DNA from: an uncultured Gammaproteobacteria bacterium
GTDB lineage: Bacteria > Pseudomonadota > Gammaproteobacteria > JABCZS01
Assembly: GCA_964383495.1 (NCBI GenBank)
Contig: CAYLHG010000003.1
Coordinates: forward strand, 17,771-81,770
Direction of reading: 5' to 3'
DNA: 64,000 nt
Below the pieces are notes generated by a model. That model was not told where the DNA came from. It saw nothing but the letters and a program-made list of their open reading frames with translations, and made no database searches. Below are positions 20,517-30,630 of this stretch, piece by piece (the stretch's first letter is position 1; each line of letters starts with the position of its first letter). The translations under genes were made by a program, and so were the position numbers.

Positions 20517-21071
20517 ATGACGATGGCAAATACAAAGCTTGTCATACTGGATCGTGACGGGGTGATTAATCAAGACTCACCCCATTTTATTAAATCTCCT
20601 GATGAATGGGTTCCACTACCCGGCAGTATTGAAGCCATTGCTGCCTTAAAACAAGCAGGTTTTTTAGTGGCAGTGTGTACAAATCAATCGGGCGTGGGAA
20701 GAGGGTATTACACTGAAGCAACGCTTTCAGCCATTCATTCCAAAATGGAATTATTATTAGCAGCACAAGGCTATGCATTTGACGCTATTGTTTATTGCCC
20801 ACACTTACCTGAAGCTAATTGTGCATGCCGCAAACCAAAACCTGGAATGGTGGAAAACTTGCTGGCACAATTAAATGTTGGGCCCGATGAAACATGGATA
20901 ATTGGCGATAGCTTTCGTGATCTCGCCGCAGGCATGAGTGCCGGCTGCCGCACGCTATTAGTGAAAACAGGGAATGGCGAAAAAACATTAAGTAAACATG
21001 CTGCAGAACTTATCAATATTCCTGTTTATGCAGATTTGAAGGAAGCGGTGGGGATGTTTGTAAAACAATGA
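20517..21071 (+). CDS. gmhB: D-glycero-beta-D-manno-heptose-1,7-bisphosphate 7-phosphatase (HAD-IIIA)
   Basis: ILDRDGVIN, TNQSG and CPHLPEANCACRKPKPGM zinc-binding loop. Confidence 0.85.
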   Translation: MTMANTKLVILDRDGVINQDSPHFIKSPDEWVPLPGSIEAIAALKQAGFLVAVCTNQSGVGRGYYTEATLSAIHSKMELLLAAQGYAFDAIVYCPHLPEANCACRKPKPGMVENLLAQLNVGPDETWIIGDSFRDLAAGMSAGCRTLLVKTGNGEKTLSKHAAELINIPVYADLKEAVGMFVKQ

Positions 21072-21152
21072 ACGTGTCCATCTGCAGCTCTAGGCTTTCC
21101 TAAATTAGAGCTTGGTGGTAAAAAAAGAGGGGCTACATAACAGCTCAAAAAC

Positions 21153-21187
21153 CTTGCAATAATAATATAATATATTATTATTGCAAG
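21153..21187. repeat. Perfect 16-bp-arm AT-rich palindrome (cttgcaataataatat-aat-atattattattgcaag) abutting the start of the frameshifted ATPase gene
   Basis: Seen in sequence. Confidence 0.7.
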
Positions 21188-21188
21188 C

Positions 21189-22339
21189 ATGATAACTCGG
21201 CTATCTCAATCGACAATCCTACAGCAGCTGCGCCACTCACCCGCTGTAGCCTCTTAGGCCCGCGGCAAGTAGGGAAAACCACGCTCGCTCGCGAAATTGC
21301 TAGGCAATGGCCCAAAGAAAATGTTTACCTTGATTTAGCAAGGATTAGCGAACCTGAAATTTACCTCAAAAAACCAGGCAAATTAATTATTCTTGATGAA
21401 ATTCAAAGAGTTCCCACGCTATTCCCTGTATTGCGATCAATCATTGACGAGCGTCGCTTTGCCGGTGAAAAAAATGGGCAATTTTTGCTTCTAGGGCCTG
21501 CTTCGTTGGACATTGTTCAAGGTGTTTCAGAAAGTCTTGCAGGTCGCGTGTCTTATGTCGATTTAGGTATTGTAAATGCACTTGAGTATTCCTCCGACAA
21601 CGATTTAAATCCCTTATGGTTACGGGGTGGGTTTCCAGAGAGTTTATTGGCAGGCACAGATATAGAAAGTTTTATTTGGCGAGAAAATTTTATTACAAGC
21701 TATCTGGAGCGCGATATTCCCAATTTAGGGCCCAGAGTTCCTGCTGAAACGTTACGGCGTTTTTGGACAATGCTGGCACATCTACAAGGGCAAATCATCG
21801 ATAAAGCCAGTATTGCTGCGGGTATCGGCGTAAGCGCTCCTACCATTGCACGTTATATTGATCTTTTAGTCGATTTATTTTTACTTCGTCCGCTACAACC
21901 ATGGTCAGGCAATATCGGCAAACGTTTGGTTAAACGTCCTAAGTATTTTATTCGTGACAGTGGTTTAGTACATGCATTATTAAATCTTACAAGCCTAGAT
22001 GATTTACTGGGCCACCCCGTAGCAGGTAAAAGTTGGGAAGGATTTGTTATAGAAAATTTATTGTCTATAGCGCCTAAGCGAGCCATCCCATTTTTTTATG
22101 AATCAAGCAGCAAAGCAGAAATTGATCTTGTTTTTGAAATCTCACCTCACACCCGTGTTGCCATAGAAGTAAAACGATCTCTCAATCCCACACTTTCAAA
22201 AGGATTTTACAATGCCTGTGAGGCGCTTGCCATTGAGCAGTCCTACATTGTTTATCCTGGACAGGAACGTTTCGCCTATGCTAAAAATATTGAAGTATTG
22301 CCATTGAAAGAAATGATGGAAATGATAAGAGACATGTAA
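21189..22339 (+). pseudogene. DUF4143/AAA_14 ATPase gene, frameshifted near the Walker A region
   Basis: ATG at 21189 gives MITRLSQSTILQQLRHSPAVAS*. The +1 frame then continues LLGPRQVGKTTLAREIA...DEIQRVP into the ORF-track protein (TTG at 21431). A 1-nt indel lies within 'gtagcctcttagg'. Confidence 0.6.
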
Positions 22340-22467
22340 TTTATTTCAAAACTGGCCACAATTTCTCTCGCCAGCGTGGGCTTTCCTACCTGGCGCTCCC
22401 CTATAATGGCTACGACAGGGAACAGGGTCATCAACGTTTTTAAAGAAGGGCAACATTCCGCTGGCAA
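22276..22467 (-). pseudogene. N-terminal remnant of a second DUF4143 ATPase gene in opposite orientation
   Basis: Encodes ...LFPVVAIIGERQVGKPTLAREIVASFE then degenerates. Overlaps the 3' end of the frameshifted copy. Confidence 0.45.
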
Positions 22468-22527
22468 ATATTGGCATCATTTTGTTTGAATTGTATAGGT
22501 TAATCGTGAAACACCCAGCTTAAAGCG

Positions 22528-24105
22528 CTAGGGATTCCCCCCTAAATCAGGGCCTGCTTTTGGAATGTTACCAGAAGCAATTGGCTGAGCCGAGTATCCA
22601 GTGAGGCTAGTTGAGCTTGTTGCCGTACAACGCAAGGTGCTTTGTAACTGCTCAAGATGGGCGTACAGGGGCACTTTATAAATGTCATTTACTAAAAAAC
22701 TGACGGGGACATTGTGTTCAAATAAAATGGTTATCCGAAAACTGGGCTTGGAATTCTCATTTGTATTTTCTTGGATACAATGCACTTGATGTGGGATAAC
22801 GCCTATACTAAAAACTAATTCAGTGTAAACAGCAACAAGCAAATTTTCTAGCTGGTCTTGACTCGAAGTTGGTATAAGCAACCCTATGCTTACATAGCTG
22901 TCATCCCCAATGGGGAATAGCTTATCAATGACAGTATTTGCTGCTTCGACATTTCGAAATCGGACCAGCGCATTCGCAAGGATAGCGGCTATTTTCATTT
23001 TTTTTAAAAGCGCTTGTTGATTGTCTGCACGATATGCTGAAAGCGCAAGATGAAAAAAATCATGCTCAGGCATTAAAGAAGGGCCTAGATATTGGTCATG
23101 TGCTGCGTAAAGATTACTTTTAGCATTAGGTAAGTAAGCTTGTACAAGGCGTGCCCCAAAAAAAGCAGCAGCATTAAACGCTTCATAAGGCAGATATCCG
23201 AAAGCAAATATAGGAAGCACTTGTTGTCGTGTGTTCCTTAAAGCACCATAAAGGAGTGCGATGGAGGGATAATGGATACTGAGTTTTTGTTCATTATTGG
23301 TCACGTAATAAGGTAATCCACCAATCAAAGTTTCTATAGTGACTGGCAGCCGTTTCCACTCATCTAGCGGTTCCGTGACCCGCTGGTAAGCCAACCGGCC
23401 CCATTCAGAAGCCAAAATGCCAGTATAGCCCAATGTAATATCTGCAAAAACCACTTGATGTAATAAGAGGGGCTGACAAGATGGAACGTACTCTTTTGAA
23501 CGCGCTTTTAAGGGGGTTTGCTCTGTTGCCATGTACAGTGTAAACGGCGCTTCGCCAAACTGAATAATGCTTGCTTGCCACAAAAGCAACGTATTGAGTG
23601 TATCTATAGAAAGTGCGCCTTGATCTACCCTATTCAATGCTACGCCCAACCATTGAGATGTTTTAAACAAAGCACATAAGCGGGTTTTTAAATCCTGCAA
23701 TGCTTCTTGTGTTATTTCTTCTTCAGGTTGATTGAAAGTGTTATTAATAGAGGAAATCTGCGCAGTAATATTGTGACATATATTTGGGTTCTCAGGCAGA
23801 TCAAGTAAAAGTTGATCTTCTTTAGTAACAAATGCAGTTAAAAACCACCGCTTGAGTAGCTCAACGTTATGGGCAAATGGTTGTTGAGAGAGATGAAAAA
23901 GATCGACAAGCGCAGATGATGGGAGAGGCTGCTTTTGATTTGAAAGTACTCGTTGCTTTTGCTCTTCTTTGCTTGGAATCTGTGCAGCCCATTGTTTCGC
24001 CCACTCGGGGCTATCTTGGGAAACAAAGGGAGAGGGACCAAATTTTAAATGCTCTGAAGGAATCATCTGCAACACCCCAATTACAATATATTTGTAAGTT
24101 ATCAC
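22528..24105 (-). CDS. Hypothetical 525-aa protein, 15 bp downstream of znuA on the same strand
   Basis: Long ORF with no recognisable motifs. True start may be the Met at 24066. Confidence 0.55.
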   Translation of the reverse strand: MITYKYIVIGVLQMIPSEHLKFGPSPFVSQDSPEWAKQWAAQIPSKEEQKQRVLSNQKQPLPSSALVDLFHLSQQPFAHNVELLKRWFLTAFVTKEDQLLLDLPENPNICHNITAQISSINNTFNQPEEEITQEALQDLKTRLCALFKTSQWLGVALNRVDQGALSIDTLNTLLLWQASIIQFGEAPFTLYMATEQTPLKARSKEYVPSCQPLLLHQVVFADITLGYTGILASEWGRLAYQRVTEPLDEWKRLPVTIETLIGGLPYYVTNNEQKLSIHYPSIALLYGALRNTRQQVLPIFAFGYLPYEAFNAAAFFGARLVQAYLPNAKSNLYAAHDQYLGPSLMPEHDFFHLALSAYRADNQQALLKKMKIAAILANALVRFRNVEAANTVIDKLFPIGDDSYVSIGLLIPTSSQDQLENLLVAVYTELVFSIGVIPHQVHCIQENTNENSKPSFRITILFEHNVPVSFLVNDIYKVPLYAHLEQLQSTLRCTATSSTSLTGYSAQPIASGNIPKAGPDLGGNP

Positions 24106-24120
24106 TCAAAATATAATTTG

Positions 24121-25029
24121 TCAATGATTAAGCTGTTGTTTGCTTTCACTCTGGCCCAGGCATCCTACCAGCTCATCCGCAATATCTGTCAGCAAGGCAG
24201 CATAACCTTCTGTGCCAGCAGGGATTTCTGCTCCCATTGGGTTCAATACCCCCAGCTTTACATGGTTCTCTGTCGCAAACTGCTTCAACGTGTCACTGTG
24301 ATTTTGCGGCTCGCTAAATATACAAGGAATATGCTCTGCTTTCACCAGTTGGCTCATCGCTAGCCAGCGCTTTGCACCTATCGGCACGGTGGGGCTGAGC
24401 ACAATACTATCTAAGCGTTTTAACCCATAACGTTTTTCAAAATATTGAAAAGCATCATGATAAACCAAAAAAGGTATTGATTGCATAGGTGTCAATTTTT
24501 TTTCCAATTCAGTATTCAGCGCAGAAATCTTCTCAACAAATTTTGCGACATTTCGTCGGTATATTTTTTGACGTTCAGGATCAAGCGCACTCAAACGTTT
24601 TTCCAATTGTTTAGCAATCGTCATCGCATTAAAAGAATCTAACCATAAGTGTGGATCCATGGGGACATTTTGAGGAATAGTATCGTCTGTTTGCCGCAAT
24701 GGATAACGCAACATATAAGGCTCAGCGAGTAACACCATTTGTCGAGAAACAGGTACTTTTGCAATAGCATCCGTTAAATACGTTTCTAACGAAGGACCAA
24801 TCCAAATTAAAACATCTGCTTTTTGAATAGCCGCGTATTGTGAGGGCTTTAACGCATAAGCATGTTCAGAAGCGCCTTCTGGCACAAGCAACACAGGATG
24901 CCCCACGTTCCCCATGACAGCTTGCGCAATATGGTACAAAGGCAAAATACTAACAACTACTGTCGGCGCCTGTGCAAAAGCATGCGTCGCTACGACGATC
25001 CAGAGCAGCCACCCGAAAAACCATTTCAT
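24121..25029 (-). CDS. znuA: Periplasmic zinc-binding protein ZnuA (TroA family)
   Basis: Signal peptide, DPHLWLD and HDAFQYF motifs. Lacks a His-rich loop. Confidence 0.8.
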   Translation of the reverse strand: MKWFFGWLLWIVVATHAFAQAPTVVVSILPLYHIAQAVMGNVGHPVLLVPEGASEHAYALKPSQYAAIQKADVLIWIGPSLETYLTDAIAKVPVSRQMVLLAEPYMLRYPLRQTDDTIPQNVPMDPHLWLDSFNAMTIAKQLEKRLSALDPERQKIYRRNVAKFVEKISALNTELEKKLTPMQSIPFLVYHDAFQYFEKRYGLKRLDSIVLSPTVPIGAKRWLAMSQLVKAEHIPCIFSEPQNHSDTLKQFATENHVKLGVLNPMGAEIPAGTEGYAALLTDIADELVGCLGQSESKQQLNH

Positions 25030-25848
25030 TTATTGCCTCACTAAACGTATGTTGTTAGGTCGCCCCGTTTTGGATGTGCTGCGATAAGGATTAATATCTA
25101 CACCTCCACGGCGAGTATAGCGCGCATACACTGTTAATGCGCTCGGCTGGCAGTACGATAAAATATCCAAAAACATTTTTTCCACACAATGTTCATGAAA
25201 TTCTTGCTCACGATGGAAGTGAATGATGTATCGCAATAACGAAGGATGATCGATTGCCAATCCTGTATATTGAATTTGCACACTGCCCCAATCAGGTTGA
25301 CCCGTCACAGGACAATTTGATTTCAATAAATCAGATGTCAATGTTTCCGCCACCACTTTATCAGAACAAGTATGTAACAATGAAGCATTATCCGTAGGCT
25401 CACATGTGATCTCATATTGATCTAACGAAACACCTGGCAAGCTTGCGTGTAATGATCCATGTAAATCAGACAGCGGCGCTAACAAAACATCAACCGGCAC
25501 GCCTACTGCGTCGCTTAAATCACGTTGCAATACTGCTTGTACCGCTCCCGTACTGGCAAAACGTGATTGACTAAAACTTGTCAAATATAATTTGAATGAT
25601 TTCGATTCAATCAAAAAAGGGCTTGCGCAATCAATGCGACATTCTGCAACCGCTACTTGCGGTTTTCCATGCTCGTTTAACCAAGAGATTTCATAAGCAT
25701 TCCAAAGATCCAGACCATAAAAGGGAAGAGGATCTTGCGATGATAACCCTAATGATTCTCGCGACAATGCGCGAGGAATTTTATCTAAGAGCGAAGGCGT
25801 GTAGGTTTGAATATAAGAAGATTTTTTTCCTAAATGTGTTAATGCCAT
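25030..25848 (-). CDS. queF: NADPH-dependent 7-cyano-7-deazaguanine (preQ0) reductase, two-domain type
   Basis: ESKSFKLYL and QDPLPFYGLDLWNAYEISWL motifs with catalytic Cys and the E(F/H)HEHC region. Stop abuts the znuA start. Confidence 0.9.
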   Translation of the reverse strand: MALTHLGKKSSYIQTYTPSLLDKIPRALSRESLGLSSQDPLPFYGLDLWNAYEISWLNEHGKPQVAVAECRIDCASPFLIESKSFKLYLTSFSQSRFASTGAVQAVLQRDLSDAVGVPVDVLLAPLSDLHGSLHASLPGVSLDQYEITCEPTDNASLLHTCSDKVVAETLTSDLLKSNCPVTGQPDWGSVQIQYTGLAIDHPSLLRYIIHFHREQEFHEHCVEKMFLDILSYCQPSALTVYARYTRRGGVDINPYRSTSKTGRPNNIRLVRQ

Positions 25849-25859
25849 AAAATACCCAC

Positions 25860-27416
25860 TTAGTGTCGCTTGCTACTGCCAGAGGCTGAAGCGTAAGGTT
25901 GTGCTGCAGCAGCAATAACAGCTGGCGCCATTAAAGGTGCTTGTCCATGCAAATGCTGGACATGCACATATCCTTTAGCGCACGCCGGGTTATATTGCCA
26001 ATGTAATGTGGTAGGATTACATTGCAAAGCACCTAAACCTACTAAGCGCTGCGTGACACCTGGTTTATCTTCTGGATTTTTAAGTGGGCTTTTACCTGAA
26101 TTGTTATTTGGTTTCTGATCTAATGAGGAGGACTGCGCAACACGCAGCTCTCGCATTAATAATAAGGTGTTTGGATCATTTAAAGCGACAGGGTAACTTA
26201 CCATTTTATTACCTCTAAGGGGATCCTTGTACTGAATTTGATCTATTATCTGCTCGTTTGATTTACCTAACAACACTGTCAGTACTTCATTTTCAATAAA
26301 ATCGATTGCATCAAGCGTAGGAAGCTGCATGGGCGCTGCACGATGTTTAATATAATCAATATCAACCACCTGGTGTCTTCCATCATACTTTACATACTTT
26401 TCCGTTATCAATATGTTTATTTTTCGACTTGCTGCTAAAATTTCTGCATTATCAACGCTTCCTCGCAACAATAAAAACCGTTCACACGCACGATAACAAG
26501 CATGAAAAATAAGTTTCTTTTCGTAAAACATATTAGGTTCATTCCATGTGCCTAGGCTTATTAAAGCTGTTCCTACAATCTTCTGCATGTTGAGAAGTAA
26601 AGCATTATTTTGCATTAGAGCACGATACATATCCATCCTATCCATAATATCTTGCTTATAAACATCCAGCCGATACTGCGCTGTTACTGGCGCAAAGCCT
26701 GCAGAAATGAGCGCAGACACACGGCTGCCAATAAACAATACACCCAATACAAAAGCACCGATTCCTAAATCCCCATCAAAAACGGTGGCTGCATACGCCA
26801 TGAAAATAATAGCACTAAACACTGTGCCTAAAAAACCATTAAAATCATGTGCGTACCGGCTTGCTTGCATGTAGCGAATCGCTCGGGAAGGCCCTACTTC
26901 CTCCGTTTTGTCTGTCTTACTATTCACTAACTCCTGCAGCTTCACCTGAGCGTCGTAATATTGCTGAATCTTATGGTGGTTGGCTGCACTTCCCACAAAC
27001 ACTGCGAACATGTTCATTAACATTCCCGCATTGATGACTAAAGCAGCCCACAACGGCATGTCCTGAATCGCTACCCCTATACTTTTAATAATCGCATCAA
27101 CATGGGATACGTCACCCCCTGCGTGCATCGCAGCATCTGCCACATTAAACGCCTGTATGGCAATGGGCACTAGCACGATAGCCAACACTGCCAGAATGGC
27201 TATATTCGTCATAATACGCACGATACGGGAAATATGGGCCGCCCATCCTGCTTTCAAACGCCCATCAAATGCCCAATTGCCAAAGTCAAATAGGAAAGGA
27301 ACCCAGTGCTTGGTGTATAAAGCTCGCCCCTTTGCAAAAAAATGCCAAAAAATTCCCGAACCTTTGTGAGAATGCCCGTGACTGTGCGCTTCACCAGCAT
27401 GGCTGTGACTCCCCAT
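25860..27416 (-). CDS. Hypothetical polytopic membrane protein with His-rich N-terminus (MGSHSHAGEAHSHGHSHKG) and a ~270-aa C-terminal soluble domain
   Basis: 518-aa ORF, 11 bp upstream of queF on the same strand and divergent from znuC. Several hydrophobic helices between residues ~60 and 240. Confidence 0.6.
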   Translation of the reverse strand: MGSHSHAGEAHSHGHSHKGSGIFWHFFAKGRALYTKHWVPFLFDFGNWAFDGRLKAGWAAHISRIVRIMTNIAILAVLAIVLVPIAIQAFNVADAAMHAGGDVSHVDAIIKSIGVAIQDMPLWAALVINAGMLMNMFAVFVGSAANHHKIQQYYDAQVKLQELVNSKTDKTEEVGPSRAIRYMQASRYAHDFNGFLGTVFSAIIFMAYAATVFDGDLGIGAFVLGVLFIGSRVSALISAGFAPVTAQYRLDVYKQDIMDRMDMYRALMQNNALLLNMQKIVGTALISLGTWNEPNMFYEKKLIFHACYRACERFLLLRGSVDNAEILAASRKINILITEKYVKYDGRHQVVDIDYIKHRAAPMQLPTLDAIDFIENEVLTVLLGKSNEQIIDQIQYKDPLRGNKMVSYPVALNDPNTLLLMRELRVAQSSSLDQKPNNNSGKSPLKNPEDKPGVTQRLVGLGALQCNPTTLHWQYNPACAKGYVHVQHLHGQAPLMAPAVIAAAAQPYASASGSSKRH

Positions 27417-27573
27417 TTTTTCACCCTTATCTTTATGCGGGGTAGTAACTACATCATAAAACTACCATCCTGTCAAGAGGAGGGCTCACTCATCATCCTC
27501 ACAAATCAGTTGAAAACTATGGACGTTACAACCACCACATGCTATCGTTCTTCTCTATCGATAAGGATACACC

Positions 27574-28260
27574 ATGCAACTGCGCCTTGAAAACGTTGGC
27601 ATCCAGCAAAAAGGCCGCTGGATATTACGCGATATTTCGCTCCAAATTGATGCGGGGCAAATCATCACCCTGATAGGACCCAACGGATGCGGTAAAACCA
27701 CGTTATTGCGAGCGCTCTTGCAGCTTATCCCCCTCACCACTGGAAAAATTGAAAAAAAGCAGGGGTTACGCATTGGCTACATGCCTCAAAAACTCTACAT
27801 CGATCCCACCTTGCCACTCACTGTTCAACGTTTCTTGCAACTCAGCCCCGCCTTTAATGAAACAGTACTTGAAAAATTGCGCGTTAAACCACTGCTTGAA
27901 AAATCCATGCATGTATTATCAGGGGGAGAATCACAACGCGTATTATTAGCACGTGCATTAATGAACCAACCTGAATGCTTGGTATTGGATGAGCCACTGC
28001 AAGGCGTTGATGTGAATGGACAAGCTGCTTTTTATGATTTAATTTTAGAAGCGCGCCAATCATTGCAATGCAGTGTATTGATGGTATCGCATGATTTACA
28101 TGTTGTAATGGCCAAAACAGACCAAGTAGTCTGCTTAAATCATCACATTTGTTGTTCTGGCACACCCGAAATGGTTACATTAGACCCCGCGTTTATTCAT
28201 TTATTTGGAGAAAACGCAGCATGGTATGCGCATAAACACGATCATCATCATGATGAATAA
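27574..28260 (+). CDS. znuC: Zinc ABC transporter ATPase ZnuC
   Basis: Walker A GPNGCGKTT, signature LSGGESQR, Walker B LVLDEP. His-rich C-terminus HKHDHHHDE. Confidence 0.9.
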   Translation: MQLRLENVGIQQKGRWILRDISLQIDAGQIITLIGPNGCGKTTLLRALLQLIPLTTGKIEKKQGLRIGYMPQKLYIDPTLPLTVQRFLQLSPAFNETVLEKLRVKPLLEKSMHVLSGGESQRVLLARALMNQPECLVLDEPLQGVDVNGQAAFYDLILEARQSLQCSVLMVSHDLHVVMAKTDQVVCLNHHICCSGTPEMVTLDPAFIHLFGENAAWYAHKHDHHHDE

Positions 28261-28274
28261 AAGGATAAATAAGA

Positions 28275-29075
28275 ATGAACTATGATTTTTTAATTCGCGC
28301 TTTTATTGCTGGCATCGGCATTGCATTATTGTGCGCACCACTGGGCTCTTTGGTAGTATGGCGAAGATTATCTTATTTTGGCGATACGCTCTCACATGCT
28401 GCATTGCTCGGTGTTGCATTAAGCGCAGCATTTTCATTAGCAACACCTTTTTATGGTATTTTATTCAGCGCGATTGTAATCAGTTTATTTTTATTATTCA
28501 TGGAACATCACACGCGCTTACCCAGCGATGCTTTACTTGGGATCTTAGCGCATGGATCACTTGCGCTCGGTATTGTCGTTGTTTCTTTGTTACCTTCTTT
28601 CCGAACAGATTTATACGCTTATTTATTTGGTGATATTTTAGGTGCGAATAAAGCCGATATTTTGCACATTTACAGCATGGGTACAGTAGTATTGCTTCTT
28701 GTTGCAGCACGCTGGCGCGCATTATTAATGAGTACCATACATGAAGATCTTGCTAAAGTAGAAGGCATTCACGTCACACGTGAACGCACGCTGTTCACCT
28801 TGCTATTAGCCTGCGTCATCGCATTATCAATCAAAATATTAGGCGTATTATTAATTACCGCCATGCTGGTTATTCCCGCCGCCAGCAGCCGCGCTTTTGC
28901 TCAAACACCTGAACAAATGGTAGCAGGCGGGGCCTTAAGCGGCGTGTTAGCTGTGGGAGGAGGCCTGCTATCTTCTCTATGGTTTGATTTACCCGCTGGG
29001 CCTATGATTGTTCTAGCCAGTATCCTCATCTTTATCTTGGCGTATACGGCAAAAAGTGTTATGGTACGCGCATGA
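28275..29075 (+). CDS. znuB: Zinc ABC transporter permease ZnuB
   Basis: Eight-TM ABC-3 family permease following znuC. Confidence 0.9.
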   Translation: MNYDFLIRAFIAGIGIALLCAPLGSLVVWRRLSYFGDTLSHAALLGVALSAAFSLATPFYGILFSAIVISLFLLFMEHHTRLPSDALLGILAHGSLALGIVVVSLLPSFRTDLYAYLFGDILGANKADILHIYSMGTVVLLLVAARWRALLMSTIHEDLAKVEGIHVTRERTLFTLLLACVIALSIKILGVLLITAMLVIPAASSRAFAQTPEQMVAGGALSGVLAVGGGLLSSLWFDLPAGPMIVLASILIFILAYTAKSVMVRA

Positions 29076-29929
29076 TATCGATAGACGCACTTATTTCCAC
29101 CATCCCCTTTTTGGCGGGCTCTCCGTTTGAGGTCACATGCCTAGATGGCTGGTCTAATCACACATATTTGCTGAAGCGGGAAAAAGAAGCTTACGTTGTC
29201 CGCATCCCTATACAAGCGGATCTACCTTGGCTAAACCGAAAACATGAAGCTGCCCACATTCGCGCCATTCAAGACTTAGAAATCACGCCTCCTACCGTTT
29301 ATGACGATTCTTCCACCGGCATTGCTATTCGTGTTTATTTACCAGGGCATGTGTTAAGTGAAGATGCTACGCGCACCACACCGATCCAATTAGCTGGCAT
29401 GGCGACCATATTAAAAAAATTACATGAAAGCCCTTCTACTTTTCATCCGTTATCTTTATTTGGATTTTTAATGCGCGATATGCAATATATCGAACAATTT
29501 TTTGAATCAGAATTAGATCTACGTTACAATGAATTAAAAGCCTATGCAAAACGCATTGAAAAAAAGTGGCCTCACGTGAAAACAACGCCTTGCCATATGG
29601 ACCCTAATCCTCATAATTTTTTATGTAGTGATAATAAAGTATGGCTAATCGATTTTGAATTTGCAGGACAATGTGATCCCGCATGGGATTTGGCGTACAC
29701 CATTACTTATTGCAATTTATCCAAAACCCAAGAAAAGATTTTTTTAGATGCATATCATGCTGATGCTGCAATGCGCGAGCGCGTGCAAGATTACAAAGCA
29801 CTGACACAGTGGGTCCAAGCGATTTGGATTCGACAACAAATCACGCTAAAACACCATCCCGTTCCTGAAGATGAAATGTTACGATGGGAAGACAGAGCGC
29901 TTGAACGAGCGATGTTATTACGATCGTAA
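29072..29929 (+). CDS. Phosphotransferase-family kinase (APH/choline-kinase fold)
   Basis: HMDPNPHNF catalytic loop and IDFEFAG (DFE) motif. ATGA overlap with the znuB stop. Confidence 0.7.
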   Translation: MISIDALISTIPFLAGSPFEVTCLDGWSNHTYLLKREKEAYVVRIPIQADLPWLNRKHEAAHIRAIQDLEITPPTVYDDSSTGIAIRVYLPGHVLSEDATRTTPIQLAGMATILKKLHESPSTFHPLSLFGFLMRDMQYIEQFFESELDLRYNELKAYAKRIEKKWPHVKTTPCHMDPNPHNFLCSDNKVWLIDFEFAGQCDPAWDLAYTITYCNLSKTQEKIFLDAYHADAAMRERVQDYKALTQWVQAIWIRQQITLKHHPVPEDEMLRWEDRALERAMLLRS

Positions 29930-29933
29930 CCTT

Positions 29934-30551
29934 TTACCGAATTGGACGCGTACGAGAACTAGGCTCATCCACTACATCCATTGCTTCGACAAACAAAGCA
30001 TTTACTTTTAGCGAGTGACTAGCAGGCTGCATATAGAGAAGAAAATTAGATGCTTGTTGGCCTTGAGGCAAATATCTCTTAGCAGCGTGTTCGAGATACG
30101 CTTTATCACATCTATCCGACACTGCTTTCCAATACTCACATGTCTCAATCAATGCAGCAACATCTGAGATTGTTCGCATCTTATCCGGATATTCCGTAAA
30201 ATCAAGTAGATACATGAAGTTTTGCAACGAACGCTTTATTATGTCCGCGTATGTTCCAAAACATTTAACAAAAAAAATATTCCATCTATTATTGTTTGCT
30301 ACTTCTAATCTTATATTCGAGCATGAAAGCCGATATTTTAGCAAAATCAGCACCATCTGGATGTGGTCCCGGTCCCCAGTAGAAGCCAACGCATTAGGAA
30401 AATCAACACTTTCAATAAGAGTATTAATCTCGACCTGCCTAAAATTAGTGGGGTCATGAGGTTTCCCCATGGCACTCCATACAGCCTTGGCTGCTTCTTT
30501 TTCACGCTGAGCTTCGTTCTGAGGTATAACTGCTGTTGAATTACTACGCAC
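29934..30551 (-). CDS. Hypothetical 205-aa protein immediately downstream of the intact DUF4143 ATPase
   Basis: ORF with no recognisable motifs. Same strand as the ATPase, 79-bp gap. Confidence 0.5.
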   Translation of the reverse strand: MRSNSTAVIPQNEAQREKEAAKAVWSAMGKPHDPTNFRQVEINTLIESVDFPNALASTGDRDHIQMVLILLKYRLSCSNIRLEVANNNRWNIFFVKCFGTYADIIKRSLQNFMYLLDFTEYPDKMRTISDVAALIETCEYWKAVSDRCDKAYLEHAAKRYLPQGQQASNFLLYMQPASHSLKVNALFVEAMDVVDEPSSRTRPIR

Positions 30552-30630
30552 CTTATTTTTCCTACATCTATTCAGGCAGCTATATAATAACCTAAAACAA
30601 GGCAGCTGGTCAAATGCTATCGACGATATT

